NCBI GenBank assembly: GCA_016187515.1
Contig: JACPJN010000009.1
Location: 68,891-132,890, forward strand
Reading direction: 5' to 3'
Source: Candidatus Uhrbacteria bacterium
GTDB lineage: Bacteria; Patescibacteriota; Patescibacteriia; GWA2-47-26
Length of the DNA: 64,000 bases
This document shows, piece after piece, positions 28,753 through 37,364 of this stretch. The notes below the pieces were generated by a model, which ran no database searches, was not told the origin of the DNA, and was given only the letters and a program-made list of their open reading frames with translations. The position numbers were made by a program, and so were the translations under genes. Within the stretch, counting starts at the first letter, position 1. Every line of letters starts with the position of its first letter.

Positions 28753-29202
28753 CTACGGCTTCGAAATGCAGTCCCGGATGCGCTCCTCCAGACGCTCCCA
28801 GTAACTTCCGGCGCGGGCCTGATAACCCGGATCCGCAGAGGCCTTCGCCTGATCAGCCGCAATGATCCGGCGATCCTGATCAGTAAGCCGAAGAAAGCGC
28901 AACTGGTAATCTCCGGTTGGTATCGCACGGCTCTCACCAACAACCCACTCGGGAACTCGAATCACCATGTACCAGCGCTCTTCGTCGCCGCAGCGCACCG
29001 CGAGGATGTCGCGATCCGGCATGTGCGATCGTACTCCAGCGTAATTCAACCACTCCGCAAGATGCTTCTCAAATGCCGGCCAACCGAAAAGCGCACTACC
29101 AAGCTCTTCATCTACTTCTCGGGTTCCTTCGTACTTCCGGAGGACTTGAAAACAAGGGAATACGGGAGAAACGGGACTTGCTTTTGCTACGGGATTGGGC
29201 AT
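28753..29202 (-). CDS. Hypothetical protein
   Basis: AGGAGG RBS before MPNPV; TTGACA promoter near 29246. Confidence 0.6.
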   Translation of the reverse strand: MPNPVAKASPVSPVFPCFQVLRKYEGTREVDEELGSALFGWPAFEKHLAEWLNYAGVRSHMPDRDILAVRCGDEERWYMVIRVPEWVVGESRAIPTGDYQLRFLRLTDQDRRIIAADQAKASADPGYQARAGSYWERLEERIRDCISKP

Positions 29203-29253
29203 GAAGAACACCTCCTGCCTCTACTTCACCACAGCCCCCAAAAAATGTCAAAT

Positions 29254-29298
29254 ACAAAAAACGACCCGCCCGCTTGGAACGGATCGGACGGAAAGAGC
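29254..29298 (-). terminator. Conserved cassette-junction terminator motif, copy 4
   Basis: ACAAAAAACGACCCGCCCGCTTGGAACGGATCGGAC. Confidence 0.75.
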
Positions 29299-29540
29299 AG
29301 CAGAGCACCGTGCCGTATGGGTAGCGCTCGTCGCTCTGCACGCACCGCGCCACCTTCCGCGCATCGCCGTCGGCGATGGTGAGGTACGCGCTGCAGCGCA
29401 ATCCCGGAAACGATACGGTGAGCGCATCAAATACCATGATCTTCTGCGCGCCTGCTTCACAGCGTGTCTTCACGAAGGTCTGAAACTGCGCCCCCTCGAC
29501 TGCGATTTGCTGCCTTTGCGCCGCATACCCTTTCCAGAAC

Positions 29541-29777
29541 TCACATCCTGTCCATATCCCCAAACGGACAGATCCAACTGCAGCAAGGACAGGTCTCGGT
29601 GTGCACATAGCCGCAGGATTTGCAATTCTCTTCCTTGGCTGGCCGCACAAGGCGGTAGAGAACCCAACCGAGAATCACTGCGCCGACCCACACGATCGCG
29701 AGTAATTCAATAAATGGACCGAGAATCACGAGAACTCCATCCAGTATCTTAACTGTGAAGCGTTTCACGGTGTTCAT
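29541..29777 (-). CDS. Small membrane protein with Cys-rich tail
   Basis: AGGAGG RBS before MNTVKRF; TM then CKSC..CPCC. Confidence 0.55.
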   Translation of the reverse strand: MNTVKRFTVKILDGVLVILGPFIELLAIVWVGAVILGWVLYRLVRPAKEENCKSCGYVHTETCPCCSWICPFGDMDRM

Positions 29778-29885
29778 GTCAATGTACCTCCTAAAGTACA
29801 TTGAACCACCGTATTCTACGGGTGTCAAATCCGCCCAAACCGGGTTACGTTCAGCATAAATTCCGATCACGGCGCGCGCATCGGT

Positions 29886-29931
29886 AAACAAAAACGACCC
29901 GCCCTGGGGAGCGGATCGGACCAAAGAACAA
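29886..29931 (-). terminator. Conserved cassette-junction terminator motif, copy 5
   Basis: AAACAAAAACGACCCGCCCTGGGGAGCGGATCGGACCAAAGAACAA. Confidence 0.8.
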
Positions 29932-29966
29932 TACGGCACGCGCGCAAACCGGGCGCTGGATTGCGC

Positions 29967-30188
29967 CTAGTCGTCAGGGGGCGTGACATCCACCTCTTCA
30001 CTGCGGCCGCACCGTTTGCAAACATAGGTACGTATCACCTCGACGTTGCGACACAGCTCGCAAGAGCACTGACCGGGCTCCGGCGTCAGCTCGCCGCCGG
30101 GAAGCGGCCGCTCCTCATCACAATCCTCTCCGGTCCCCATCTCTTGCCCATCGTGCGGCTTCTCTTGGGTTCCGTAACACGTTGGCAT
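29967..30188 (-). CDS. Small hypothetical protein with CxxC motifs
   Basis: AAGGA upstream; CELC, CKRC. Confidence 0.5.
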   Translation of the reverse strand: MPTCYGTQEKPHDGQEMGTGEDCDEERPLPGGELTPEPGQCSCELCRNVEVIRTYVCKRCGRSEEVDVTPPDD

Positions 30189-30223
30189 GGCTTTATCCTT
30201 TCTTGTCCAGATTATCTACCCAG

Positions 30224-31900
30224 TTACGGCGTAAATTCAGCAATGGTTCCATCCTCGCCTGGTTGACCTTCCTCTGCGGTGGGGCCGCCGGCCGCACCGC
30301 CATCGCCACCTGCTGCTGTAAAGTAACCACCGGAGACGGCTGCTCCAAGGAATGCGGCGGTATCAAAGTACGTGACGCTATCAACTATGCCCTCACCGAT
30401 GAGCGCCTTGATCCGGCCGCCAGAACCGCCTCCACCGCCGCCGCCGTGAGATGACGGGCCGCATCCGGATCCTCCTCTGCCTCCTTGTCCACCATCGGCA
30501 GTAATGCGCGCACTAGAAGCAAGCGTGAGAACCGGTGCGTCAATGAGTACTGTGCCGCCGGCACCGGCGCCACCGGCGCCATCATCGCAGATGTTCCAGC
30601 CGCGCTGGTCTCCGTCACCTCCGCTTACAGAAATCATACCCGCGATCGTTGCCTCTTCGGCAACATAGATCTCAATAAGACCTCCGCCGCGAGCGCCGCA
30701 ACTGTTGGTTCCTGGGACAGCTCCAGGCGGACAGTAGATAGCGCCGCCATTGCCGCCTCGTGAGCCAGCGTATACGTCTAGTCCTGATACGCTTCCGTAC
30801 AAGTTCGTGCCTCCGGCGCCAGGGGTAGCGACCGCGACCCACTGGCCATAGCCGCCACCGCCTGCAGATGCCGCATGACACCCGCCGCCTCCGCCGCCTC
30901 CGGATGCGGTGAGGCCGCCTCCACTGCCGTTGCCTCCATTACAGAGCCCGGCGTCTCCTACCCCATCGGCATAGATTTGAGCAAACTCACCGATAAAGAG
31001 GGTCCCGCACGAGAGGGAAAGTGTGCCAGCCACTACCACCACCGCGCTCCCGCTAAGCTCGCAAACCTCAAATGAGAGCGCACCGGACAGGGTGACCGTT
31101 CCACTTAACCGACGCAGATCTTCATCAATCTCACCGTCACAATCTTCATCAGTACTCCCATCGTAGAGTTCAAGATCGTTGTCGCCGACCGAGCAAACCG
31201 TGGTGTTGAGACCGCTACACTCGTAGGCGTCGTCAGTACACAGATCGGAATCTGCACCGTCGCAGGCCGTACCTGGAAGGTTCGCGAGCGGACACGCGCC
31301 GTCGCAGGCATTGCTGCCCTCGTCCACCGTTCCGTCGCAGTCGTTGTCCTCCCCGTCGCAGGGATCGCCGTTGTCTTCCCCTGAAGAACAAACGACTGTG
31401 TCAGCATCTTCGCACTCGTAGCTATCGTCTTCGCACAAATCAACATCCGAACCGTCACAGGGATCTCCAGGGACGTTTGCGAGCAGTGCACACCCGCCGC
31501 AGGCATTGAGCGCGCCTTCGTCCGTCTCGCCATCGCAGTCGTTGTCGCGTCCGTCGCAGACTTCATCGGCACTGTTGTCGTTTTCACAAACCACCGCGGT
31601 CAGATCTGGCGAACAGATCCAGGCGCCGCATGATCCAGGGTGCAATCCATCATCACAGGCATCGCCAGGCATCCCTGCAAGAGATTCGCATCCGCCGCAA
31701 GCATTGAACACGCCTTCATCAACCACCCCATCACAATCATCATCTTGCCCATTGCAAACCTCGGATGCCGGCAGGCATTGTTCGTCAGGGGGCGGACGTT
31801 TTGTGCCATCTTGCGGGGTAGGTTGCTCCTTATCCCCGCAACCAAAGATTGACAGGATGCCAAGTACGCGAAAACGGTTTCGTGCGGTAAAGATCGCCAT
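30224..31900 (-). CDS. Lipoprotein with MopE-like Cys/Asp repeats and Gly-rich C-terminal domain
   Basis: IFGC lipobox, repeated CxGxDxDCDGxxDE, GGGGGG and GAGAGGTVLI tracts; AAGGAG RBS. Confidence 0.8.
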   Translation of the reverse strand: MAIFTARNRFRVLGILSIFGCGDKEQPTPQDGTKRPPPDEQCLPASEVCNGQDDDCDGVVDEGVFNACGGCESLAGMPGDACDDGLHPGSCGAWICSPDLTAVVCENDNSADEVCDGRDNDCDGETDEGALNACGGCALLANVPGDPCDGSDVDLCEDDSYECEDADTVVCSSGEDNGDPCDGEDNDCDGTVDEGSNACDGACPLANLPGTACDGADSDLCTDDAYECSGLNTTVCSVGDNDLELYDGSTDEDCDGEIDEDLRRLSGTVTLSGALSFEVCELSGSAVVVVAGTLSLSCGTLFIGEFAQIYADGVGDAGLCNGGNGSGGGLTASGGGGGGGCHAASAGGGGYGQWVAVATPGAGGTNLYGSVSGLDVYAGSRGGNGGAIYCPPGAVPGTNSCGARGGGLIEIYVAEEATIAGMISVSGGDGDQRGWNICDDGAGGAGAGGTVLIDAPVLTLASSARITADGGQGGRGGSGCGPSSHGGGGGGGSGGRIKALIGEGIVDSVTYFDTAAFLGAAVSGGYFTAAGGDGGAAGGPTAEEGQPGEDGTIAEFTP

Positions 31901-32291
31901 GGCTTTCTCCTTCTATTCCTTGTCAAAGGACCATCTCCAGTACACCACCGCGGGGCGCGTATGTCAATAACCGCGTTATCCACTTGACACCGATTGCGCC
32001 TTCGGGGTACCATAATTTTAGTATGAAGTTACTCACTGCAATAACGCTGAATCTTCGTCGGCGCGGGACCCCAACCCATCCCGCGAGTTTTCTGTTGGAA
32101 AGATTATCGAACCGTGGTACCACTACAGCGGTTCACACGAATGGACACGAATCGGCGGGCGCAACATCTTCCTACGACTTCCCTGCCTCTACCCTGCGCC
32201 CTTACGAATAATCACCAATAAAAGTTTTTCCACTAGCAAACTCCCGGGATAATCCGGGAGTTTTTGCACCTTCACAACAAGGAGGAATACC

Positions 32292-32690
32292 ATGAGGTCA
32301 CATCGCGATCCCCCACCGACAGCGCCGGAGGTAAGAGAGCTCACGCCGGGCGAATGGCACAATGCCATGAAGCGTCTTGAACTTAAGAGCAATCCCTTGG
32401 AATGGTGGGGAGATCGTATTGAGGAGGGGATATGCTGCGCTGAACCGTTCCTAACCTGTTACATCTATCGACTACGCTACTGCTACACCGGCGCAAGAGG
32501 ATGTGCGGGGCCTGTGGGAGAAACGCTGGTATTTGTGCCAAGCGCGCCCCTACGTCCCACGCGTGCATGGCAGCTGCCGGAATGGATCACGCAGGAAGCG
32601 CGCACTCGGTGGCCCACGGTTACCTGCTGGAAACTCGTGATATGGGAAACCCGCCTTGAGCGGGTAACCGTAACCATCCGTAGTCCATAA
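32292..32690 (+). CDS. Hypothetical protein
   Basis: AAGGAGG RBS, 132 aa. Confidence 0.55.
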   Translation: MRSHRDPPPTAPEVRELTPGEWHNAMKRLELKSNPLEWWGDRIEEGICCAEPFLTCYIYRLRYCYTGARGCAGPVGETLVFVPSAPLRPTRAWQLPEWITQEARTRWPTVTCWKLVIWETRLERVTVTIRSP

Positions 32691-32740
32691 ACTGGACGCA
32701 AACATACGCGCATGCTAGGATACGGTTAAGGAGGTGAACC

Positions 32741-33712
32741 TTGGAACTCACGATCCTTTCGGGAAGTGCGCACCTTGGACTCTCGCGCGCGGTGGCCAAC
32801 CACATGGGCCGCGCGCTCGGTGAAACCACGACCACGCGGTTCGCCGACAGTGAGCTGGACGTCCAGATCGGTGAGAATGTTCGCCGGCGCCACGTGGTCA
32901 TCATCCAGCCAACGCCGCCGCCTGCGGAAAACTGGCTGGAGCTCTTTCTCTTGATGGATGCGGCGGTACGCGCTTCAGCCGCGGAGATCACGGTGGTGAT
33001 GCCCTACATGGGCTACGCGCGCCAAGACCGCAAAGACGCGCCGCGCAAACCGATTTCGGCCGCGGCAATGCTGAAACTTCTGGTGGCCAGCGGCGCAAAC
33101 CGGGTCTGCACCATTGATCTCCACGCGGCGCAAACCCAGGCGGCAATTTCCGCCCCCTTTGATAACCTTTACTTCTCGACAGCGCTCTTGCGCGGCCTGG
33201 GACCGCGTAACTGGAAAAAGGTCGTGCTAGTTTCTCCGGACGCGGGCGGAATTCCCCGCTGCCGCGCGCTGGCGAAAAAACTGGGGTGTCCGATCGCCTT
33301 TATTGACAAACGCCGCGAGCGCGCCAATGAATCCGAAGTAATGCACGTGGTCGGCCGCATCCGCGGACGCGAGGCAATCATTCTGGATGATATGGTGGAC
33401 ACGGCCGGATCGCTGGTCAAGGCCGCGGAAGCGCTGCTGGCCAAGGGCGCTACCGCCGTCTCTGCTTGCTGTACGCATCCGGTACTCTCGCCCAAATCCA
33501 TCCGCCGCCTGGCGCACGCGCCGCTGCGTACGCTTGTGGTTGCCGACACTATCCCCATCTCCGCGGCCAAACGCGCGCGCATCGTAGATAAGCTTAGGGT
33601 AGTAAGCTGCGCACCCATGCTTGGCGATGCGATCCTGCGCATCCACTCCGGCGAGTCCCTCGCAGTGCTCTTTCCTGAAGCACGCGAGAAGCCCGCACAC
33701 CCTGTCTCCTAA
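32741..33712 (+). CDS. prs: Ribose-phosphate pyrophosphokinase
   Basis: PYMGYARQDRK, IDLHA, SPDAGG, DKRR, LDDMVDTAGS; AAGGAGG plus TTG start. Confidence 0.95.
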   Translation: MELTILSGSAHLGLSRAVANHMGRALGETTTTRFADSELDVQIGENVRRRHVVIIQPTPPPAENWLELFLLMDAAVRASAAEITVVMPYMGYARQDRKDAPRKPISAAAMLKLLVASGANRVCTIDLHAAQTQAAISAPFDNLYFSTALLRGLGPRNWKKVVLVSPDAGGIPRCRALAKKLGCPIAFIDKRRERANESEVMHVVGRIRGREAIILDDMVDTAGSLVKAAEALLAKGATAVSACCTHPVLSPKSIRRLAHAPLRTLVVADTIPISAAKRARIVDKLRVVSCAPMLGDAILRIHSGESLAVLFPEAREKPAHPVS

Positions 33713-33859
33713 ACGCACTGCACTCGCACCAAGGCGACCATCCGGCCGCCTTGTTTTTTTTGCAGCTTGCCCGCCCGTCCCTTGAAGGCGGCGCGCCGCC
33801 TCAAAGTGACAAATAGAAAAGAGGGTGATTAGCCCTCTTGGAAAAGAACGCTGGCGGCG

Positions 33860-34090
33860 CTACTGCCAGATCTTCCAGGCGCCCCGAGCCAGCGCGCGGC
33901 CCAGAAGCTTATTTTTGACGCGGCGCAGAATTTTGCGCCAATCGCCGCTGGCCAGCACTTCCACATCGCGCACGAGGCGGCTGCCAGTGTACATGCCGCG
34001 CCGCAGTTTTGCAAGCATGCGCCGCGGGTCATCTTCGGCCATTCTGCGATTCCGCGGAATCGCAGAATGTACTTTTATCTTACGGGACAT
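33860..34090 (-). CDS. Small basic hypothetical protein
   Basis: AAGGAGG RBS before MSRKIK. Confidence 0.55.
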   Translation of the reverse strand: MSRKIKVHSAIPRNRRMAEDDPRRMLAKLRRGMYTGSRLVRDVEVLASGDWRKILRRVKNKLLGRALARGAWKIWQ

Positions 34091-34103
34091 CGCATCCTCC
34101 TTT

Positions 34104-35471
34104 CTAGTTCCGCAGGAGAAGCTCATCAAGGCAAATTGTCCCGCCGCCAAGATGCGTAACCTGCACCTGCAGTTCGGTAAGCTTGCCGACCTGCTCCGGC
34201 GGATTGCCTTGCTGGCCGTCATAACGCACGAACTGCCCGGTCTCCACGGTAAGTTCCGGCATTAACGCCGCGTTGCTCTGTGATCCTTGCGCGCCAAGCA
34301 GAGCCGCGACCTCCCAACGGAAAACCCTTTGCCCGGGGGAATCCTCGATCGTGTTGTAGTGACTAACCCGCTGTTCACTGCCCCACTCCGTCTTCTCTCC
34401 CCAATCGCAGTCATCCACAAAGGGCAGAACATCCCAAAGCAGCTCACTGAATGAGCACTTTGCCGTGCGTCTCACCGACACTGATTTGTACACCGGTTCT
34501 TGATGGGTTTGCCTTGGAAAATACTCTTCAGTAAAATTCCGAGCAGTGAAGTAGAGCGAGATGCGCTGCCAACCACTGGCAAGCGCAACCGCCGGTACCT
34601 GGGGCGGCCCAATTCCCGAGCGGCCAATGGCCCAAGAAACCGGCGTGGCATCCCCGCGAACCTCATTATGGTTAAATTGCAGCCACACTCCATCGGCGGT
34701 GCGGGCCATGACCGTAAACCGCAGACCGCTGCCAAACAGCAGAAAGCCCAGATAGGCCTCGGCTTTCTGGCGCGACACAATCAGTTCCATAGGAAACTGG
34801 AAAGTGCCTTGAGCGCGTGTGCACACGCAGTGTGCTCCTTCCCCGCATTGGGTCCCATTGGTCCCATTGGAGAGCGAGCTAAACATCCAATCCCCGCTGA
34901 ACCGAATGTTCCCCACATGACCGTCTTCGAAATTCTCGGCAAACGGTGGGCGCATTGGCAAAGGATTAAGCGACGACCGCTCCTGCTCATCCTCGCCGCG
35001 GCAGGCGTTTTTTTCACCGCGCGCGAAGCGTCTCGCCATATCCGCAGTTACGGGCTGGCACGGCTCGCCGGTTACCGGATCGCGCAGCGGGATGCGCGTA
35101 AAATGGCATTTTCCGTCCCCCCGCTCACAATGCCAGATTACCGGTTCCGGTTCGGAAGTCGCCGGATTGGGATTGAAAAACACTGTCGGGCTCTCCACGA
35201 AAACCTCCGGATCCGATTTTCCGGATTTTTTCGCTTCCTCAAAAACCTGCTTGACCGCCCGAGTCATCGGCAAGCAGGGCTGGCCGCTTGACGAGTCAGT
35301 GCCCGCGGTAGCGCGGCACGGCTTGATTCGCCCATCAGCCAAAACAATATATCCGGCGTTGGCTTGTCCCTGCGCGGAAAACGTGAACTTGCCGCCGTAT
35401 GCCAAGTACAGCGCCGGAAGCGCCACGATGACGGCCAGAAGAATCAGGAGAACTGCGGCTCTTTTCCGCAT
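34104..35471 (-). CDS. Hypothetical membrane-anchored protein
   Basis: GGAGG RBS, N-terminal TM, CERGDG domain shared with next gene. Confidence 0.7.
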   Translation of the reverse strand: MRKRAAVLLILLAVIVALPALYLAYGGKFTFSAQGQANAGYIVLADGRIKPCRATAGTDSSSGQPCLPMTRAVKQVFEEAKKSGKSDPEVFVESPTVFFNPNPATSEPEPVIWHCERGDGKCHFTRIPLRDPVTGEPCQPVTADMARRFARGEKNACRGEDEQERSSLNPLPMRPPFAENFEDGHVGNIRFSGDWMFSSLSNGTNGTQCGEGAHCVCTRAQGTFQFPMELIVSRQKAEAYLGFLLFGSGLRFTVMARTADGVWLQFNHNEVRGDATPVSWAIGRSGIGPPQVPAVALASGWQRISLYFTARNFTEEYFPRQTHQEPVYKSVSVRRTAKCSFSELLWDVLPFVDDCDWGEKTEWGSEQRVSHYNTIEDSPGQRVFRWEVAALLGAQGSQSNAALMPELTVETGQFVRYDGQQGNPPEQVGKLTELQVQVTHLGGGTICLDELLLRN

Positions 35472-35482
35472 GTGAACCTCCG

Positions 35483-36265
35483 CTAATTGCGGCTCGGCGC
35501 CGCGCGCTTTGACGGAAGGCGATCCGTAGGCGGCGCCATCCGCATCCGGCATTCCTTAACCAAGTCAAGGTCAATCGGCTCACACTCGCGTCCGGTTTGC
35601 GGATCATAGATTTGCGCGCGCGCCAGCCAGCAATTGCCGTCTCCGCGCTCGCACCAGTACCGCACCGGCGAACCGTCGTCAAGGTCAAAAAACACCGCGT
35701 CCTCGGAGTTTTTTTCCAGAACCGGCGGATTCGCCGCATCGCGCCCATTAAGCAGTTGGATCATCTGCGCGGTCATCCGATAGCAGCGCTGGCCGCTTTC
35801 CAAATCCAATCCGCCCGGATTGGAGCAGAATTTTGCCCGACCGTCCAGCGCAATCGCGTAACCGCTGCGCTGATCCCAAAGTACCGAGATCAGCACGAAA
35901 ATCACAACCAGCGCGCCGAGCATGGACGCCCCGAACCAGCGCCGCGAGGACTTCAGGGAAAACAGCTCCCAAAGCCCCCAAACGCCAAGTCCGGCTCCGG
36001 CCCACGCCAAGAGTTTGCCCGCGGCGGCCGGAAATCCGACTCCTTCGGCAAGCGCAATGCTTTCGCTGTACACGTAATAGGCAAACGCGCCCAAACTGGT
36101 CAGGGTCATCAGCAAAATCGCGCTTACGGCGATATTGATGACCCAAAGCGCGGTCAAAGCCCGCCGCGCCCAGCGCTGGCTTCGTTTTGACCAGAGCAGC
36201 CCAGTTACAAGAATGCTGACCGTAAACTGAATCAAAGTGATGATCAACCAGAGCGTCATGACCAA
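35483..36265 (-). CDS. Hypothetical membrane protein
   Basis: About 4 TMs then CERGDG domain; AAGGAGG near start. Confidence 0.7.
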   Translation of the reverse strand: MVMTLWLIITLIQFTVSILVTGLLWSKRSQRWARRALTALWVINIAVSAILLMTLTSLGAFAYYVYSESIALAEGVGFPAAAGKLLAWAGAGLGVWGLWELFSLKSSRRWFGASMLGALVVIFVLISVLWDQRSGYAIALDGRAKFCSNPGGLDLESGQRCYRMTAQMIQLLNGRDAANPPVLEKNSEDAVFFDLDDGSPVRYWCERGDGNCWLARAQIYDPQTGRECEPIDLDLVKECRMRMAPPTDRLPSKRAAPSRN

Positions 36266-36420
36266 CCTCCTTTTTGGTGTTGATTGACTGTAATTTGATT
36301 GTCAAGGAACGGCTGTTGCTGTTCCGTCCGGTTCGTCCACCGCGTGTTTGGTGAGCAAGCCGGATAGAACGGGATGGAACGCGGCATTGGCGCTCCATCC
36401 CAAAGTATAGATCCCCGGAC

Positions 36421-36630
36421 CTATCCGCCGAAAAGATCCTTCAGCCGGCCCAGAAACGCCGTGCCGCGCCGGCGCGCTTCTTCCAGCACGCCCGCCAATT
36501 CCTCGGCTTCGCGCGAAAGTTCTCGCACACGGATCTTGAGCGGCGAGATCGCAGCGGGCGCGCCGCTGCGCTCCGGCGGAGCAGATTCGCCGACTTTTTC
36601 CGCGACCTCCGCGGGCTGTTCTGCGGACAT
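36421..36630 (-). CDS. Small hypothetical protein
   Basis: GAGG upstream, operon-like spacing. Confidence 0.5.
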   Translation of the reverse strand: MSAEQPAEVAEKVGESAPPERSGAPAAISPLKIRVRELSREAEELAGVLEEARRRGTAFLGRLKDLFGG

Positions 36631-36634
36631 CGCC

Positions 36635-36883
36635 CTACCCTCCTCTCTTCTCGGCCAGCTTGCGCTGCTTTTCCTCGCGCCGCCGCCGCCGCGCCCAGTC
36701 GGCTCCGAAGAACGCGGCGATTGCCAGCAGAAGCGGCGCTACGACCGCGCCGGCGTTGGTGTGCACCGACGACTGCACTCCGGCGGTGCGCGCATCTTTC
36801 GCGAACTTGGCGCTCGCGATGACCGCAAATCCGATGCCGATAGTCAGCATCAAGACGAACAGGGCAAAAGCGAGAGCAAACAT
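36635..36883 (-). CDS. Small two-TM hypothetical protein
   Basis: AAGGAGG RBS before MFALAF. Confidence 0.55.
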   Translation of the reverse strand: MFALAFALFVLMLTIGIGFAVIASAKFAKDARTAGVQSSVHTNAGAVVAPLLLAIAAFFGADWARRRRREEKQRKLAEKRGG

Positions 36884-36984
36884 GACGACCTCCTTTTTCG
36901 GGGTTGTTCGGTTTTCCGGCTTTTCAGCCGGGGTGGTTGTCAAAGAGCGGGATGCTCTTCAACTTTCAGACATCGCAAGCTAGG

Positions 36985-37173
36985 TCAGCATCCACTCGGG
37001 TGCAGTCCCTCAATGGAACCGCCGCGGTCAAGCACGCGCAGACATTCGCGCACCCACTCCGGCATCTCCCGCTGATCCTGCGCGCCAGAACCTCGCGCGT
37101 TTTTCGTCCGGTCCGCCTGCGCCGCGCAAGCGGGTCTGAAAACTTCCGAGACCTCTGCAAATCTTCTCACCAT
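36985..37173 (-). CDS. Small hypothetical protein
   Basis: AAGGAGG RBS before MVRRF. Confidence 0.45.
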   Translation of the reverse strand: MVRRFAEVSEVFRPACAAQADRTKNARGSGAQDQREMPEWVRECLRVLDRGGSIEGLHPSGC

Positions 37174-37302
37174 GTTTGTCCTCCTTTTCATTCATCCCCC
37201 TTCTGCTTTTTAGTATAAAAAAACGCCGCGCTGACAAATAGCGACAAGGTCTGAAAAGCAGGCCTCCAGGCCTGCACGACTGTTCTCCCTTTTTGCAACT
37301 AA

Positions 37303-37364
37303 CAACCCAATAACCCAAGTACCTAATCACCTAAATACCTAAGTACCTAATCACCTAATCACCT
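37303..37364. repeat. 8-bp tandem repeat ACCTAA(T/G/A)N
   Basis: ACCTAATC ACCTAAAT ACCTAAGT ACCTAATC ACCTAATC. Confidence 0.8.

Noticed and set aside
23365-29931. Junction motif as attC sites of an integron
   Set aside because: No RYYYAAC/GTTRRRY pair, has a terminator T-tract, cassettes carry own promoters, no integrase.
32023-32270. Riboswitch or leader peptide upstream of 32292 and prs
   Set aside because: A terminator-like hairpin is present at about 32237-32268, but I could not match a known aptamer; an Rfam search is needed.
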